This document shows positions 43,782-52,116 of a stretch of 64,000 bases of DNA, piece by piece. This DNA comes from Clostridiales bacterium. GTDB lineage: Bacteria > Bacillota > Clostridia > Christensenellales > CAG-314. The notes under the pieces were generated by a model, which ran no database searches, was not told the origin of the DNA, and saw only the letters and a list, made by a program, of their open reading frames with translations. Within the stretch, counting starts at the first letter, position 1. Every line of letters starts with the position of its first letter. The DNA is taken from the NCBI GenBank assembly GCA_022508345.1, contig JAFLVK010000001.1:100371-164370 (forward strand), read 5' to 3'. The translations under genes were made by a program, and so were the position numbers.

Positions 43782-44696
43782 TTATTTTGCGCGAAATACA
43801 CAAGGCGCATTGTTAAGCGCTTCAAGCACAGTGCCGTCACTGAACTCGGGTAGATAGTCCACCGTTGCAGAAGCCACATCCTGTGAAAATCCGTTGTGAA
43901 GCCCCACGTTGAAAAAATACTGGCGTACACTTTCGTATTCGTGATTGTACAGCCGTCTGTTGAGCTGTGGGTAGCTGTCGTCCTTACGCGCGGGGAAATA
44001 CTGCGACATAAGGCTCACATATACGTCCCTGTCAAATTGGGATAGCCAATCCAACACACGCTTGCTGTCCTCCACAAACGAGGGCAATACAAGATGGCGC
44101 ACAATCACGCCCTGTGTCATGTAGCCTTGACTGTCAAATACGTCGCAAGGCTGTTGACGGCGCATTTCCGTTATTGCTTTTGTTGCCACTTCAAAGTAAT
44201 CAATGGCACCTGCAAGCTGAAGTGACACGTCTGTCGAACAGAATTTCAAGTCCGGCATATACACGTCCACAAGCCCATCTAAAGCCGCTAGCGCAGCTAC
44301 CTTTTCGTAGCCGCTTGTGTTGTACACCACCGGAATATTCAAGTACGGCTTGGCAAGCGCAAGAGCCTGCGCAATCTTGTCCGAAAAGTGGGACGGCGTA
44401 ACAAGGTTGATATTAGCCCACCCCATTTGCTGAATGTACAGGAAGATGTCCGCAAGCGCTTCAACCGACACCGCTACACCATGAGGGCGTACGGAGATGT
44501 CGTAGTTTTGGCAAAACCTGCAATGCAGGTTGCACCCTGCAAAAAACACCGTTCCGCTGCCCTTGTCACCCGAGATACACGGCTCTTCCCAGTCGTGCCT
44601 GGCAACGCGAGATAACAGTATGCCGTCCGTACGGCAAACGCCTGCTTGGACGGATCGGTCTACGTTGCAATTTCGCGGGCAAAGGGTGCATTTCAT
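43782..44696 (-). CDS. Radical SAM protein (PflX-like activase family)
   Basis: CNLHCRFCQN (CxxxCxxC) plus an N-terminal Cys cluster CTLCPRNC. Confidence 0.75.
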   Translation of the reverse strand: MKCTLCPRNCNVDRSVQAGVCRTDGILLSRVARHDWEEPCISGDKGSGTVFFAGCNLHCRFCQNYDISVRPHGVAVSVEALADIFLYIQQMGWANINLVTPSHFSDKIAQALALAKPYLNIPVVYNTSGYEKVAALAALDGLVDVYMPDLKFCSTDVSLQLAGAIDYFEVATKAITEMRRQQPCDVFDSQGYMTQGVIVRHLVLPSFVEDSKRVLDWLSQFDRDVYVSLMSQYFPARKDDSYPQLNRRLYNHEYESVRQYFFNVGLHNGFSQDVASATVDYLPEFSDGTVLEALNNAPCVFRAK

Positions 44697-44744
44697 AGTG
44701 ATAATATAATAACCTATTTAATATAATTTGACAAGGAGAATTAA

Positions 44745-45422
44745 ATGTTTGAGGCATTTTTAGGTCTGCTTAGACGGCTGTTTTTTATGACGGGATATTT
44801 CAGCAATGGAAGCTATCCGCAACCGCTAAGCCCCGAAGAAGAGGCTGAATGCTTGCGCCGTTTCAAGGCGGGCAGCAAAGCCGCTCGTGATAAGCTCATC
44901 ACGCACAATATGCGACTTGTTGCGCACATTGCCAAGAAATACGGCAAAAACGATCTGGACGACCTGATATCCATAGGCTCGATTGGGCTGATAAAGGGTG
45001 TGGAAAGCTACTCCACAGAAAAGGGCACCACGCTGGCAACGTACCTGGCGCGCTGTATCGAAAATGAAATACTCATGACATTGCGTTCCAACAAGCGCTA
45101 CCAAAACACGGTGTATTTGCAAAACACGCTTGGAGTGGACAACGACGGCAACGAATACACATTGATGGATGTGCTTGCGATAAAGGAAGACAGCGTATTT
45201 CACCAGGCGGAGATGTCGATACTGAGGCAAAACCTGCTCAAGATTATACGCGAACACCTAAACGAACGGGAACAAAAAATAATACTTATGCGCTACGGCT
45301 TGGAAGAAAACTCCACACCGCTAACGCAATTGCAAACTGCAAAAAAGCTGGGGATAAGCCGCAGCTACATATCGCGCATAGAAACGCGCGCACTGGAAAA
45401 AATACGTCAATACTTAGACTAA
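44745..45422 (+). CDS. sigK: Sporulation sigma factor SigK (pro-sigma-K, uninterrupted)
   Basis: Pro-sequence ending ...GSYPQPLSPEEE, HNMRLVAHIAKKY, GLIKGVESYSTEKGTTLATYLARCIENEIL, and region 4 GISRSYISRIE. Confidence 0.75.
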   Translation: MFEAFLGLLRRLFFMTGYFSNGSYPQPLSPEEEAECLRRFKAGSKAARDKLITHNMRLVAHIAKKYGKNDLDDLISIGSIGLIKGVESYSTEKGTTLATYLARCIENEILMTLRSNKRYQNTVYLQNTLGVDNDGNEYTLMDVLAIKEDSVFHQAEMSILRQNLLKIIREHLNEREQKIILMRYGLEENSTPLTQLQTAKKLGISRSYISRIETRALEKIRQYLD

Positions 45423-45427
45423 ATAAA

Positions 45428-45454
45428 AGAGGCTTCGCATTAAGCGAAGCCTCT
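45428..45454. terminator. Bidirectional terminator after sigK
   Basis: AGAGGCTTCGC-attaa-GCGAAGCCTCT, an 11-bp perfect stem. Confidence 0.8.
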
Positions 45455-45467
45455 TTATGTAGTTTGA

Positions 45468-45689
45468 TTAAACGGGTAGCAAACGAAGAATGTGCTTGCT
45501 GAAGATCATAAGGATAAGGTCGCAAAGCCAAATAATACCCCAACCAAGCAACAGACGAAGAATGCCTGCAACAATCTTACCTTCGCTAAATCTGGTGATA
45601 GCACCAAGAATCCAGCTAGTTACGGGGATAATTGCGAGAATCAAACTTACGATGTACGCGAGACCGAAATAGTCACCTTTTCTTGCCAT
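45468..45689 (-). CDS. Small (73 aa) two-TM membrane protein
   Basis: ATG 45689 behind AGGAGG. Sequence MARKGDYFGLAYIVSLILAIIPV... Confidence 0.55.
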   Translation of the reverse strand: MARKGDYFGLAYIVSLILAIIPVTSWILGAITRFSEGKIVAGILRLLLGWGIIWLCDLILMIFSKHILRLLPV

Positions 45690-45787
45690 AAATATAGTCC
45701 TCCTAAAAATTTTTTGGCTGTATATATTATACAACAATAGTAACTCATTTGCAACACATAATTGCAAAAATTTCAAATTTTTTACTT

Positions 45788-46276
45788 TTAATATTCGTTT
45801 ACAACAATTACCTGTTTTTTTATACTTTCAAGGAAATACTTCAGGTCATTTCCCGACAGAACAACTGTTGCAGTGTTGTCACATGGGTGAAACTTGACCT
45901 TATCAGCGTTCCAAACCTCTTCATCTATCAAAAGAGGCGCCGAGTAAGCTGGGCTTTCGTTGAGAAAAGCAAATGGCGATACGCTACCGCGGTGCACCTG
46001 CAAATCGCAAAAAAGCTTGTCCTCCGTTGCAAATTCGAACTTGGCACATCCCACATAGCTAGCCAACTTGCGCATTTCAGCGCGTTTATCTGCAGGTAAT
46101 ACCACCATGTAAAAGTTGTCGCTCTTTTTGTCCTTGACGTACAGCGACTTACAGGACATACACCCGTCCACGTGCACAATTCTACGCGATTCATCGGTGG
46201 TGACTACAGCTTCATGCCGAAGCAGCTGATAGCTTACACCAATTTTGTCCAAATAGCTTGTTACTTTGTTTATCAT
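45788..46276 (-). CDS. YbaK/ProX-type aminoacyl-tRNA deacylase
   Basis: 162 aa. CKSLYVKDKK...VVLP...GSVSPF pattern of YbaK/EbsC editing domains. Confidence 0.6.
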   Translation of the reverse strand: MINKVTSYLDKIGVSYQLLRHEAVVTTDESRRIVHVDGCMSCKSLYVKDKKSDNFYMVVLPADKRAEMRKLASYVGCAKFEFATEDKLFCDLQVHRGSVSPFAFLNESPAYSAPLLIDEEVWNADKVKFHPCDNTATVVLSGNDLKYFLESIKKQVIVVNEY

Positions 46277-46283
46277 TGTCGTC

Positions 46284-46592
46284 CTAATTGCTATTTGACG
46301 CAGCAAATTGCACAGCAACGGGAATTACCACACTTGCCACCACTGCCAAAAGCACCAAGATATACACTAGCTTCCATGGCATAGATTTAGTCTTTACAAA
46401 ACGCCAGCCCGTAACGGAAACTATGCAAATCATAATTACCGATGCAACAGATTGCAACGTATCGATAATTTTGATATCTATTTCAAAAAACGACAGCGCC
46501 ATTGCCAACAGATACAAAATGGCTGCAAACATAGTTACGCAAAATGCAAGGAAGCCTACAAAGCTTCCGCCATTACCGTTTTTGTCACCCAT
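46284..46592 (-). CDS. Small three-TM membrane protein (paralog A)
   Basis: RBS AAGGAG. ILYLLAMALSFFEID...ASVIMICIVSVTGWRFVKTK...LVYILVLLAVVASVVIPV aligns with the product of 46780..47094. Confidence 0.55.
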   Translation of the reverse strand: MGDKNGNGGSFVGFLAFCVTMFAAILYLLAMALSFFEIDIKIIDTLQSVASVIMICIVSVTGWRFVKTKSMPWKLVYILVLLAVVASVVIPVAVQFAASNSN

Positions 46593-46779
46593 AGAAAAAT
46601 TCTCCTTGGTATATTGACAAAATTATACAGCGAAACACAGTCAAAATCAAGGATATTAAATAAGTTTGTTTCTCATGCGCGTTTTGTATTGATATACGGC
46701 AACTAGCAAATTAAAAGGACGCATGTGTAAATGCGTCCTTAATTTTCAACTGTGTTGTTTTAAAACTGCAACTAATTGC

Positions 46780-47094
46780 TTACCAAAGTCTGATAGTTGG
46801 AATCACAATGCCCACAAGAACAACCAGCAGTACCACTATATAGAGTACAAGCCATACTGTAGGTTTGTTACGAATGTATCTGTAAGCAAGCACAGCTACA
46901 ACGCAAATCATGATTGAGTTTGCGATACCTTGCAAAACGAGTACCGGACCTGACATATCTATGCATGACAAAATCATAGCTACAAGATACAGTATTGCTG
47001 TTGCAACAATCAGGTAGAATGAAATTTTGTTCAGGCTCCACACAGTCCTTGTGCGAGTTGTCTTTTTCTTGTTTTCAGATTTCTTTTCTGCCAT
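46780..47094 (-). CDS. Small three-TM membrane protein (paralog B)
   Basis: ATG 47094 behind GGAGG. ILYLVAMILSCIDMS...ANSIMICVVAVLAYRYIRNK...LVLYIVVLLVVLVGIVIPT. Confidence 0.55.
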   Translation of the reverse strand: MAEKKSENKKKTTRTRTVWSLNKISFYLIVATAILYLVAMILSCIDMSGPVLVLQGIANSIMICVVAVLAYRYIRNKPTVWLVLYIVVLLVVLVGIVIPTIRLW

Positions 47095-47195
47095 AATATC
47101 AACCTCCATATTGATAGGTTAATTATACTGCATTTTTTCGACACTGACAATTTATTTGCGCACAATAAACTAAAAATTGTTGTTTTGCGCCCCTT

Positions 47196-47885
47196 TTAAC
47201 TGTACAAATACAACATAACTCCGTTGTAAATATAGTTACATATGGTTTCGCGATAGCTGTCCGTTTGTAGCTCGGCGCACTCTGCCGGGTTGGACAGAAA
47301 GCCACATTCCACAATCACGGCGGGGCAGCTGGTTTCGCGGCAGACGTAAAAGTCGCCCGCTATCGCCTGGTGGGAATTGCCTGTAAAGTCGTTAAATACG
47401 CGTTGCAGGCTTTCGGCAAGTATTTGCCCCGATTCCTTGCCCTCTTGGTAAAATACCTGCGGTCCTGTACGTGTGGACTGGCTAAATTTGTTCATATGTA
47501 CGCTTATCAATATGTTGGGGCGCGCCTTGTCGATAATCTCTTTGCGCTTTTTCATATCCCTGAGCTTAAAGCCGTTGGTGGGCAATCCGTACAGCCCGTT
47601 GTCGTTCTTCCTAGTGTACACCACGTTGAAGCCGCTGCGTTCGAAAATTTCCCCAAGAGTCTTTCCGTAGGCAAGGTTCAAGGTGGATTCCTTCACGCCA
47701 TCCACACCCACTACTCCGCCGTCAATTCCGCCGTGTCCCGCGTCGATTACCACCGTGAAATCAATGAGTGCACTCTTTTGAGAGGAGAACATGTCTACCA
47801 TAAGATACGTCGTCAAGCCAAGCTCGACAAATATCAACAGTAGCAACATGGCAATGACCCTTTTACTCTTCCATACAATAAACAT
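47196..47885 (-). CDS. cwlD: N-acetylmuramoyl-L-alanine amidase, CwlD-like (germination-specific)
   Basis: N-terminal TM, IDAGHGGIDGG, ISVHMN, VECGFLSN (Amidase_3). Start at ATG 47885. Confidence 0.7.
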   Translation of the reverse strand: MFIVWKSKRVIAMLLLLIFVELGLTTYLMVDMFSSQKSALIDFTVVIDAGHGGIDGGVVGVDGVKESTLNLAYGKTLGEIFERSGFNVVYTRKNDNGLYGLPTNGFKLRDMKKRKEIIDKARPNILISVHMNKFSQSTRTGPQVFYQEGKESGQILAESLQRVFNDFTGNSHQAIAGDFYVCRETSCPAVIVECGFLSNPAECAELQTDSYRETICNYIYNGVMLYLYS

Positions 47886-47949
47886 TTTTGACCCCCTTTT
47901 CGGGCAAATTTGACAAAAAACGCACTTTTTCGCGTGAAAAAGTGTAAAG

Positions 47950-47978
47950 TTATACACTTATCCACAAAGTTATCCACA
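47950..47978 (+). promoter_or_regulatory. Cluster of three head-to-tail DnaA boxes
   Basis: TTATACACT (47950, 8/9), TTATCCACA (47958..47966, perfect) and TTATCCACA (47970..47978, perfect). An inverted TTGTCCACC lies at 47993..48001. Confidence 0.65.
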
Positions 47979-48256
47979 ATAAAGTGCAAAACGGTGGACA
48001 ACCTGTTTCACATTTTTCATGAAACGGACAAGCTGTTGTTACAAGCCTATTCTATGTGGGAAAAACACCAAAAATCACTGCGAAAAATGAAAAATAAATG
48101 TCGAAATTTTGATAATTTTGAACTGTTTTGAACTATTGCACAAATAGTATCCCCCTACTATTGCACACATAAGTCGCCAGCGGTATTTCGCTTGGCAAAA
48201 AGTATATTTATCTTGACAAAAGGACACACTTGAGAAAAACCACAAGGAGTATCCAA

Positions 48257-49498
48257 ATGACACTTAATCCATTTAACGAAAAACCGATAAAATCCAACAG
48301 CGACTTTTACAACTGGAAGGAGCTTGCACCTAAACCGTACAATAAATTCGACGTAGATCCCTACACCAAGGTGCGTATCATACTGGCTAACGGCGCGGAG
48401 TACGAAGCAGTGTGGTTTTCACATCAATTCCACCGCCACTGCTCGGACAACGAACTGAGACGTGAGCTTGCAACCTTGCGCCGCAAGGAGCAACAACAGC
48501 AAAAGCGCATTGCGGCATTGAAGCCCATCGGAGAGGGAATACTGGAGCACACCATTGCTTACGAACAGTTGGCAGTGGACCTTACCGCCATTTTTGCCGA
48601 GCGCGAAAGCAACAAATACGTAAAGCAGGCAATGGACTTTGCACTACTTGAAGACTTCGACCACCTGTACAGATATGCAGATTTACTGGAAATGGACAAG
48701 GGCATCTACGCGGAAAAGCTTGTTGGCGGCTACACCGAGCTTATGCCGGGCAGACCCACAATTGCCGAACACCGCTACCCCACCGACGACATCAAGCGCC
48801 ACGTCAACTTCAAGCAGGCAAATAGCCTCACAAAGCTGGACATCAACATCTTGACCGCTGCCGAACAGCAGACCATGAACTACTACATGAACCAGGCGGC
48901 ATTTTACCAAAACAAAATGGGTCGCGAGCTGTACACGGAAATCGGCATGATTGAGGAACAGCACGTATCACTTTACGGCGGACTTAAGGACACCACTTGC
49001 AGTTGGTGCGAAGAGCTACTGATGCACGAATACACCGAGTGCTACTTGTACTTCTCACTGATGCAGGACGAAACGGACGAGCATATCAAGAGCATTTGGG
49101 AACAGCACTTCAACGACGAGCTGGCGCACCTGCACAAGGCTAGCGAGCTGTTGCAAAAGTACGACGGAAAACAATGGCAACAGGTTATCCCCGACGGAAC
49201 ATTCCCCGAGCTGTTACAGTTCCACTCCAACATCGACTACGTAAGGAGCGTATTGCAAAACACCGTTAACATCACTGCACGCGGCGAGGACTACGTTGAA
49301 GTATCGGCGCTTAGCCCCGACGCAAAATTCTTCGAGTACCAACAACAGGTAAATGGCAAGGACAGCCAAGTGGCAAGCCATTGCGTGATAAGCAAGTACA
49401 TTTCCGACAACCGCAAGGACTACCGCTACGAAACTGCCGAGCACCCCATTGAGGAGCTGCGCGATAGGAAGCACGACAACACAACCGTAGGACGTTGA
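48257..49498 (+). CDS. Ferritin-like / diiron-carboxylate superfamily protein (unknown function)
   Basis: ATG behind AAGGAG. Repeated helix motifs with E...ExxH spacing (LLEDFDHLY, IEEQHVSLY, NDELAHLH). Confidence 0.45.
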   Translation: MTLNPFNEKPIKSNSDFYNWKELAPKPYNKFDVDPYTKVRIILANGAEYEAVWFSHQFHRHCSDNELRRELATLRRKEQQQQKRIAALKPIGEGILEHTIAYEQLAVDLTAIFAERESNKYVKQAMDFALLEDFDHLYRYADLLEMDKGIYAEKLVGGYTELMPGRPTIAEHRYPTDDIKRHVNFKQANSLTKLDINILTAAEQQTMNYYMNQAAFYQNKMGRELYTEIGMIEEQHVSLYGGLKDTTCSWCEELLMHEYTECYLYFSLMQDETDEHIKSIWEQHFNDELAHLHKASELLQKYDGKQWQQVIPDGTFPELLQFHSNIDYVRSVLQNTVNITARGEDYVEVSALSPDAKFFEYQQQVNGKDSQVASHCVISKYISDNRKDYRYETAEHPIEELRDRKHDNTTVGR

Positions 49499-49683
49499 GG
49501 GGTAATTATTTATTTGTTAGGATAAATAATATGAAAAATAGAGATTTCACTATCGAAAGACTTTCCGACGTCAAAAACGTAGATGAGCATGTTGTCTTTC
49601 CCGGGCACAATGCGCCCATTGACTTGGCTTTGTTTTATCCATGCGGCATGCCAATGTAAATTTCGCCTCAACAAAACGAAAGC

Positions 49684-49716
49684 CGATAGGCTCACGTGCG
49701 GCCTATCAGCTTTTGC
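49684..49716. terminator. Bidirectional terminator between the ferritin-like gene and the DUF378 gene
   Basis: CCGATAGGC-tcacgtgc-GGCCTATCAG hairpin with T-rich flanks on both strands. Confidence 0.5.
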
Positions 49717-49750
49717 CGACAGATTTATTTATAATTCTGTCTAGTCACAA

Positions 49751-50041
49751 CTAATTATTGTTGCTTACTGTTGAACGGTGATCGCGATGTTCAGAATATT
49801 TGTAATCGCGGTAGGTTGTGTCTTGTTCAACCATGTTGAAACGAGATACGCACAGCCAAACAATCATATAGATGCCGGCGATACCAACCAAGATGTACAA
49901 AAGTCTTTCAATCCACGCCATACCGAAGGAAATCCAAGCTACACAGTTGAAGCCGAAGATTCCGATTGTAAGCCAGTTAAGTGCGCCAACAATGGTCAAA
50001 ATAAGCGCAATAACCGAAAACACGTTGAAAGTCTTTTTCAA
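49751..50041 (-). CDS. DUF378 (YuzA-like) small membrane protein
   Basis: IALILTIVGALNWLTIGIFGFNCVA...LLYILVGIAGIY. Proposed TTG start 9 nt after AAGGAGG. Confidence 0.65.
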   Translation of the reverse strand: MKKTFNVFSVIALILTIVGALNWLTIGIFGFNCVAWISFGMAWIERLLYILVGIAGIYMIVWLCVSRFNMVEQDTTYRDYKYSEHRDHRSTVSNNN

Positions 50042-50163
50042 ATTGCTTTTCCTCCTTGTTAGTTGTACTTGTAGTATGAAACACAATTTAAATAATATAC
50101 ACACGCGTAAAATTGCAAAAAAGCTCCCCTTGCTGTTTCAAGGGGAGCTTGGTTATTTTCAAC

Positions 50164-50790
50164 TTAGTCGTCTGTGCCGTTGTCTAATTTGTAATTTCGC
50201 AAAACAGCGTTTACGGTGTCGTAGCCGTAGCCGCGGGACAGCAAATAGCGTTGAAGCTTTTGCAATGTCTTGACGTCGCAAGGTTTACTGCGCATGTATT
50301 TTTGCGCAAGGCGGTTGGCGTCGGTCAAGGCTTGTTCGCTATCCAGCTGCGAATGCTCTTCCGCCAGTGACAGGGCAATGCCCTTGCTCACAAGCTCCTG
50401 CTTGAGCCTGCGTTCGCCCTTGGTGCTACTGTTGTGTTCAACGTAGGTCTTGGCGTACTCTTCGTCGTCAATGTAGCGGTACTCCTTGAGGCGGCGTATG
50501 ACGTAATCCACTACTTCGGGTGAGTACGCCTTTTTTGTAAGGTAATCGCGCATTTGCTTGACCGTCTTCATTCCGCGCCCAAGGTACCCCATTGCCTTTT
50601 CAAACGCGACAGATTTTTCACTGTCGAACACCGCTTCGGCAAGCCGCTCTTCTGCAACATCCTGCCCGATTTTCAGCCCCAGCTTCATGACCGTCAGCAT
50701 TTCAAGAGCCATAGAAAACTCGCCGTCAATGTACACGTTGGCGCGAGTTTTGTTGTTCTTTTGAATTTGCATGTCGGTAATCTTTGGCAT
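50164..50790 (-). CDS. recX: Recombination regulator RecX
   Basis: Three-repeat helical protein. ANVYIDGEF...YLGRGMKTVKQMRDYLTKK...VIRRLKEYRYIDDEEYA. Confidence 0.8.
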   Translation of the reverse strand: MPKITDMQIQKNNKTRANVYIDGEFSMALEMLTVMKLGLKIGQDVAEERLAEAVFDSEKSVAFEKAMGYLGRGMKTVKQMRDYLTKKAYSPEVVDYVIRRLKEYRYIDDEEYAKTYVEHNSSTKGERRLKQELVSKGIALSLAEEHSQLDSEQALTDANRLAQKYMRSKPCDVKTLQKLQRYLLSRGYGYDTVNAVLRNYKLDNGTDD

Positions 50791-50883
50791 ATGTGTCCTT
50801 GTAGGCAAATTTTATTGATATTATTTTAACATATATATAAGTAAAAATCAATTATAGAAAAAGGAACTTTTGTGGCGCACCTT

Positions 50884-51264
50884 TCACGACCTCAAACGGT
50901 GATACTTGTCCACCGCCTCGCGATATTTAGTGGCAATCTTTGAAATGTAGCTTTGTCGTTCGGCAGGGGATAGCTTTTCCATGTAGTCCCGGTCGGCAAG
51001 GCGCATGATGGGGTTGGATACAATCTCGTTGCTGTTGAGCATTTCTTCCACCTTGGCGTAAAATTCCTGCTCTTCGCAAAACCCGTCGTAGTCGTAAATG
51101 CGGCGTTGCAGCTTGCGACGTTCTTCTTCACCCACCTGACGTGTGTTCAGTCCCAGCGTTGCTGCAACCTGTTTTTCCGTTTGTATGTTTTGCTTGGCTT
51201 GTTCCCAAAAGCCACTTTTCATGCGCTCCTTGGCTCGCTTGGCGTATTCTTTGAATGTAGACAT
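50884..51264 (-). CDS. Hypothetical cytoplasmic protein (126 aa)
   Basis: ATG 51264 behind GGAGG. Helical, charged composition with no recognisable motif. Confidence 0.45.
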   Translation of the reverse strand: MSTFKEYAKRAKERMKSGFWEQAKQNIQTEKQVAATLGLNTRQVGEEERRKLQRRIYDYDGFCEEQEFYAKVEEMLNSNEIVSNPIMRLADRDYMEKLSPAERQSYISKIATKYREAVDKYHRLRS

Positions 51265-51377
51265 TTGTTCCTCCGAGACTAAATTTGTCGAAAAATATAC
51301 GTAAAATACAAACTGCCTACCTAATTTAGGTAAGCAGTTTCTTCTGTCGTACTTCAAAAATCTTTAGTAAGGGGCAA

Positions 51378-51554
51378 TTACATTCTGCTACGTTTGCGTG
51401 CAGCTTCTGCCTTCTTCTTACGTCTTACGCTGGGTTTTTCGTACTGTTCCTTCTTGCGAAGGTCGCCAATGATACCATCGCGGGCGCAACGTCTTTTGAA
51501 ACGGCGCAATGCGCTGTCCAATGTTTCGTTTTCACCAACTTTGATTGTTGCCAT
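51378..51554 (-). CDS. rpsU: 30S ribosomal protein S21
   Basis: [48 protein letters not shown]. Confidence 0.92.
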   Translation of the reverse strand: MATIKVGENETLDSALRRFKRRCARDGIIGDLRKKEQYEKPSVRRKKKAEAARKRSRM

Positions 51555-51644
51555 TCCTTTTTCGCCTCCTTTCGGTATCACCGTTTTTCTAGTGCTAAAA
51601 CATTATCTCATAGCTCGGGATAATTGTCAATTATTTGCGACAAA

Positions 51645-52046
51645 TTACAACGCAAGTTTTTTGCAAATGGCGCTAAGGTCAAGCTCCTGCTTGCTGGTGA
51701 GCGGCCACATGTGAAGCCCGTCGCCATTTTTCCTTGGAATGATGTGGAAATGCAGGTGGAACACCGATTGCTCTGCCGCCGCTCCGCTGGCATTGAGCAC
51801 GTTTACGCCGTCAAAGCCGCAGTTCGATACGTAATGGTTGGAAATTATTTGCACTGCTTCGACAACAGCGTCAAGGTACTCTTTGTCGCAGTCAAGTACG
51901 TTTGCGCGGTGCTTTTTGGGGATGACAAGCGTGTGCCCTACCGCGTCGCATGCGATGTCAAGAAATGCGTACACCTTGTCATTTTCGTAAATCTTGTAGC
52001 TGGGCACTTCTCCCTTTACTATTTTACAGAATATGCAGTTATCCAT
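51645..52046 (-). CDS. HIT-family (histidine triad) protein
   Basis: CIFCKI start and the HLHFHIIPR triad. Confidence 0.9.
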   Translation of the reverse strand: MDNCIFCKIVKGEVPSYKIYENDKVYAFLDIACDAVGHTLVIPKKHRANVLDCDKEYLDAVVEAVQIISNHYVSNCGFDGVNVLNASGAAAEQSVFHLHFHIIPRKNGDGLHMWPLTSKQELDLSAICKKLAL

Positions 52047-52116
52047 ATATCTCTCTCCTATTATATTTTCCTACATAAATTTATATTAACGCAAGCTTAA
52101 CAACGTATTGCGTAGC

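Noticed and set aside
47950-48256. The DnaA-box cluster as the chromosomal origin (oriC)
   Set aside because: There is no dnaA or dnaN nearby. Genes on both sides of the site (31384..47885 and 49751..64000) are predominantly on the same (minus) strand, so there is no strand-bias switch as expected at an origin. A regulatory or titration cluster is more likely.
49531-49659. 42-aa ORF (MKNRDFTIERLSDVKNVDEHVVFPGHNAPIDLALFYPCGMPM) between the ferritin-like and DUF378 genes
   Set aside because: It has no convincing RBS (only AGGAT). It could be a gene fragment or simply non-coding, and there is not enough evidence to call a CDS.
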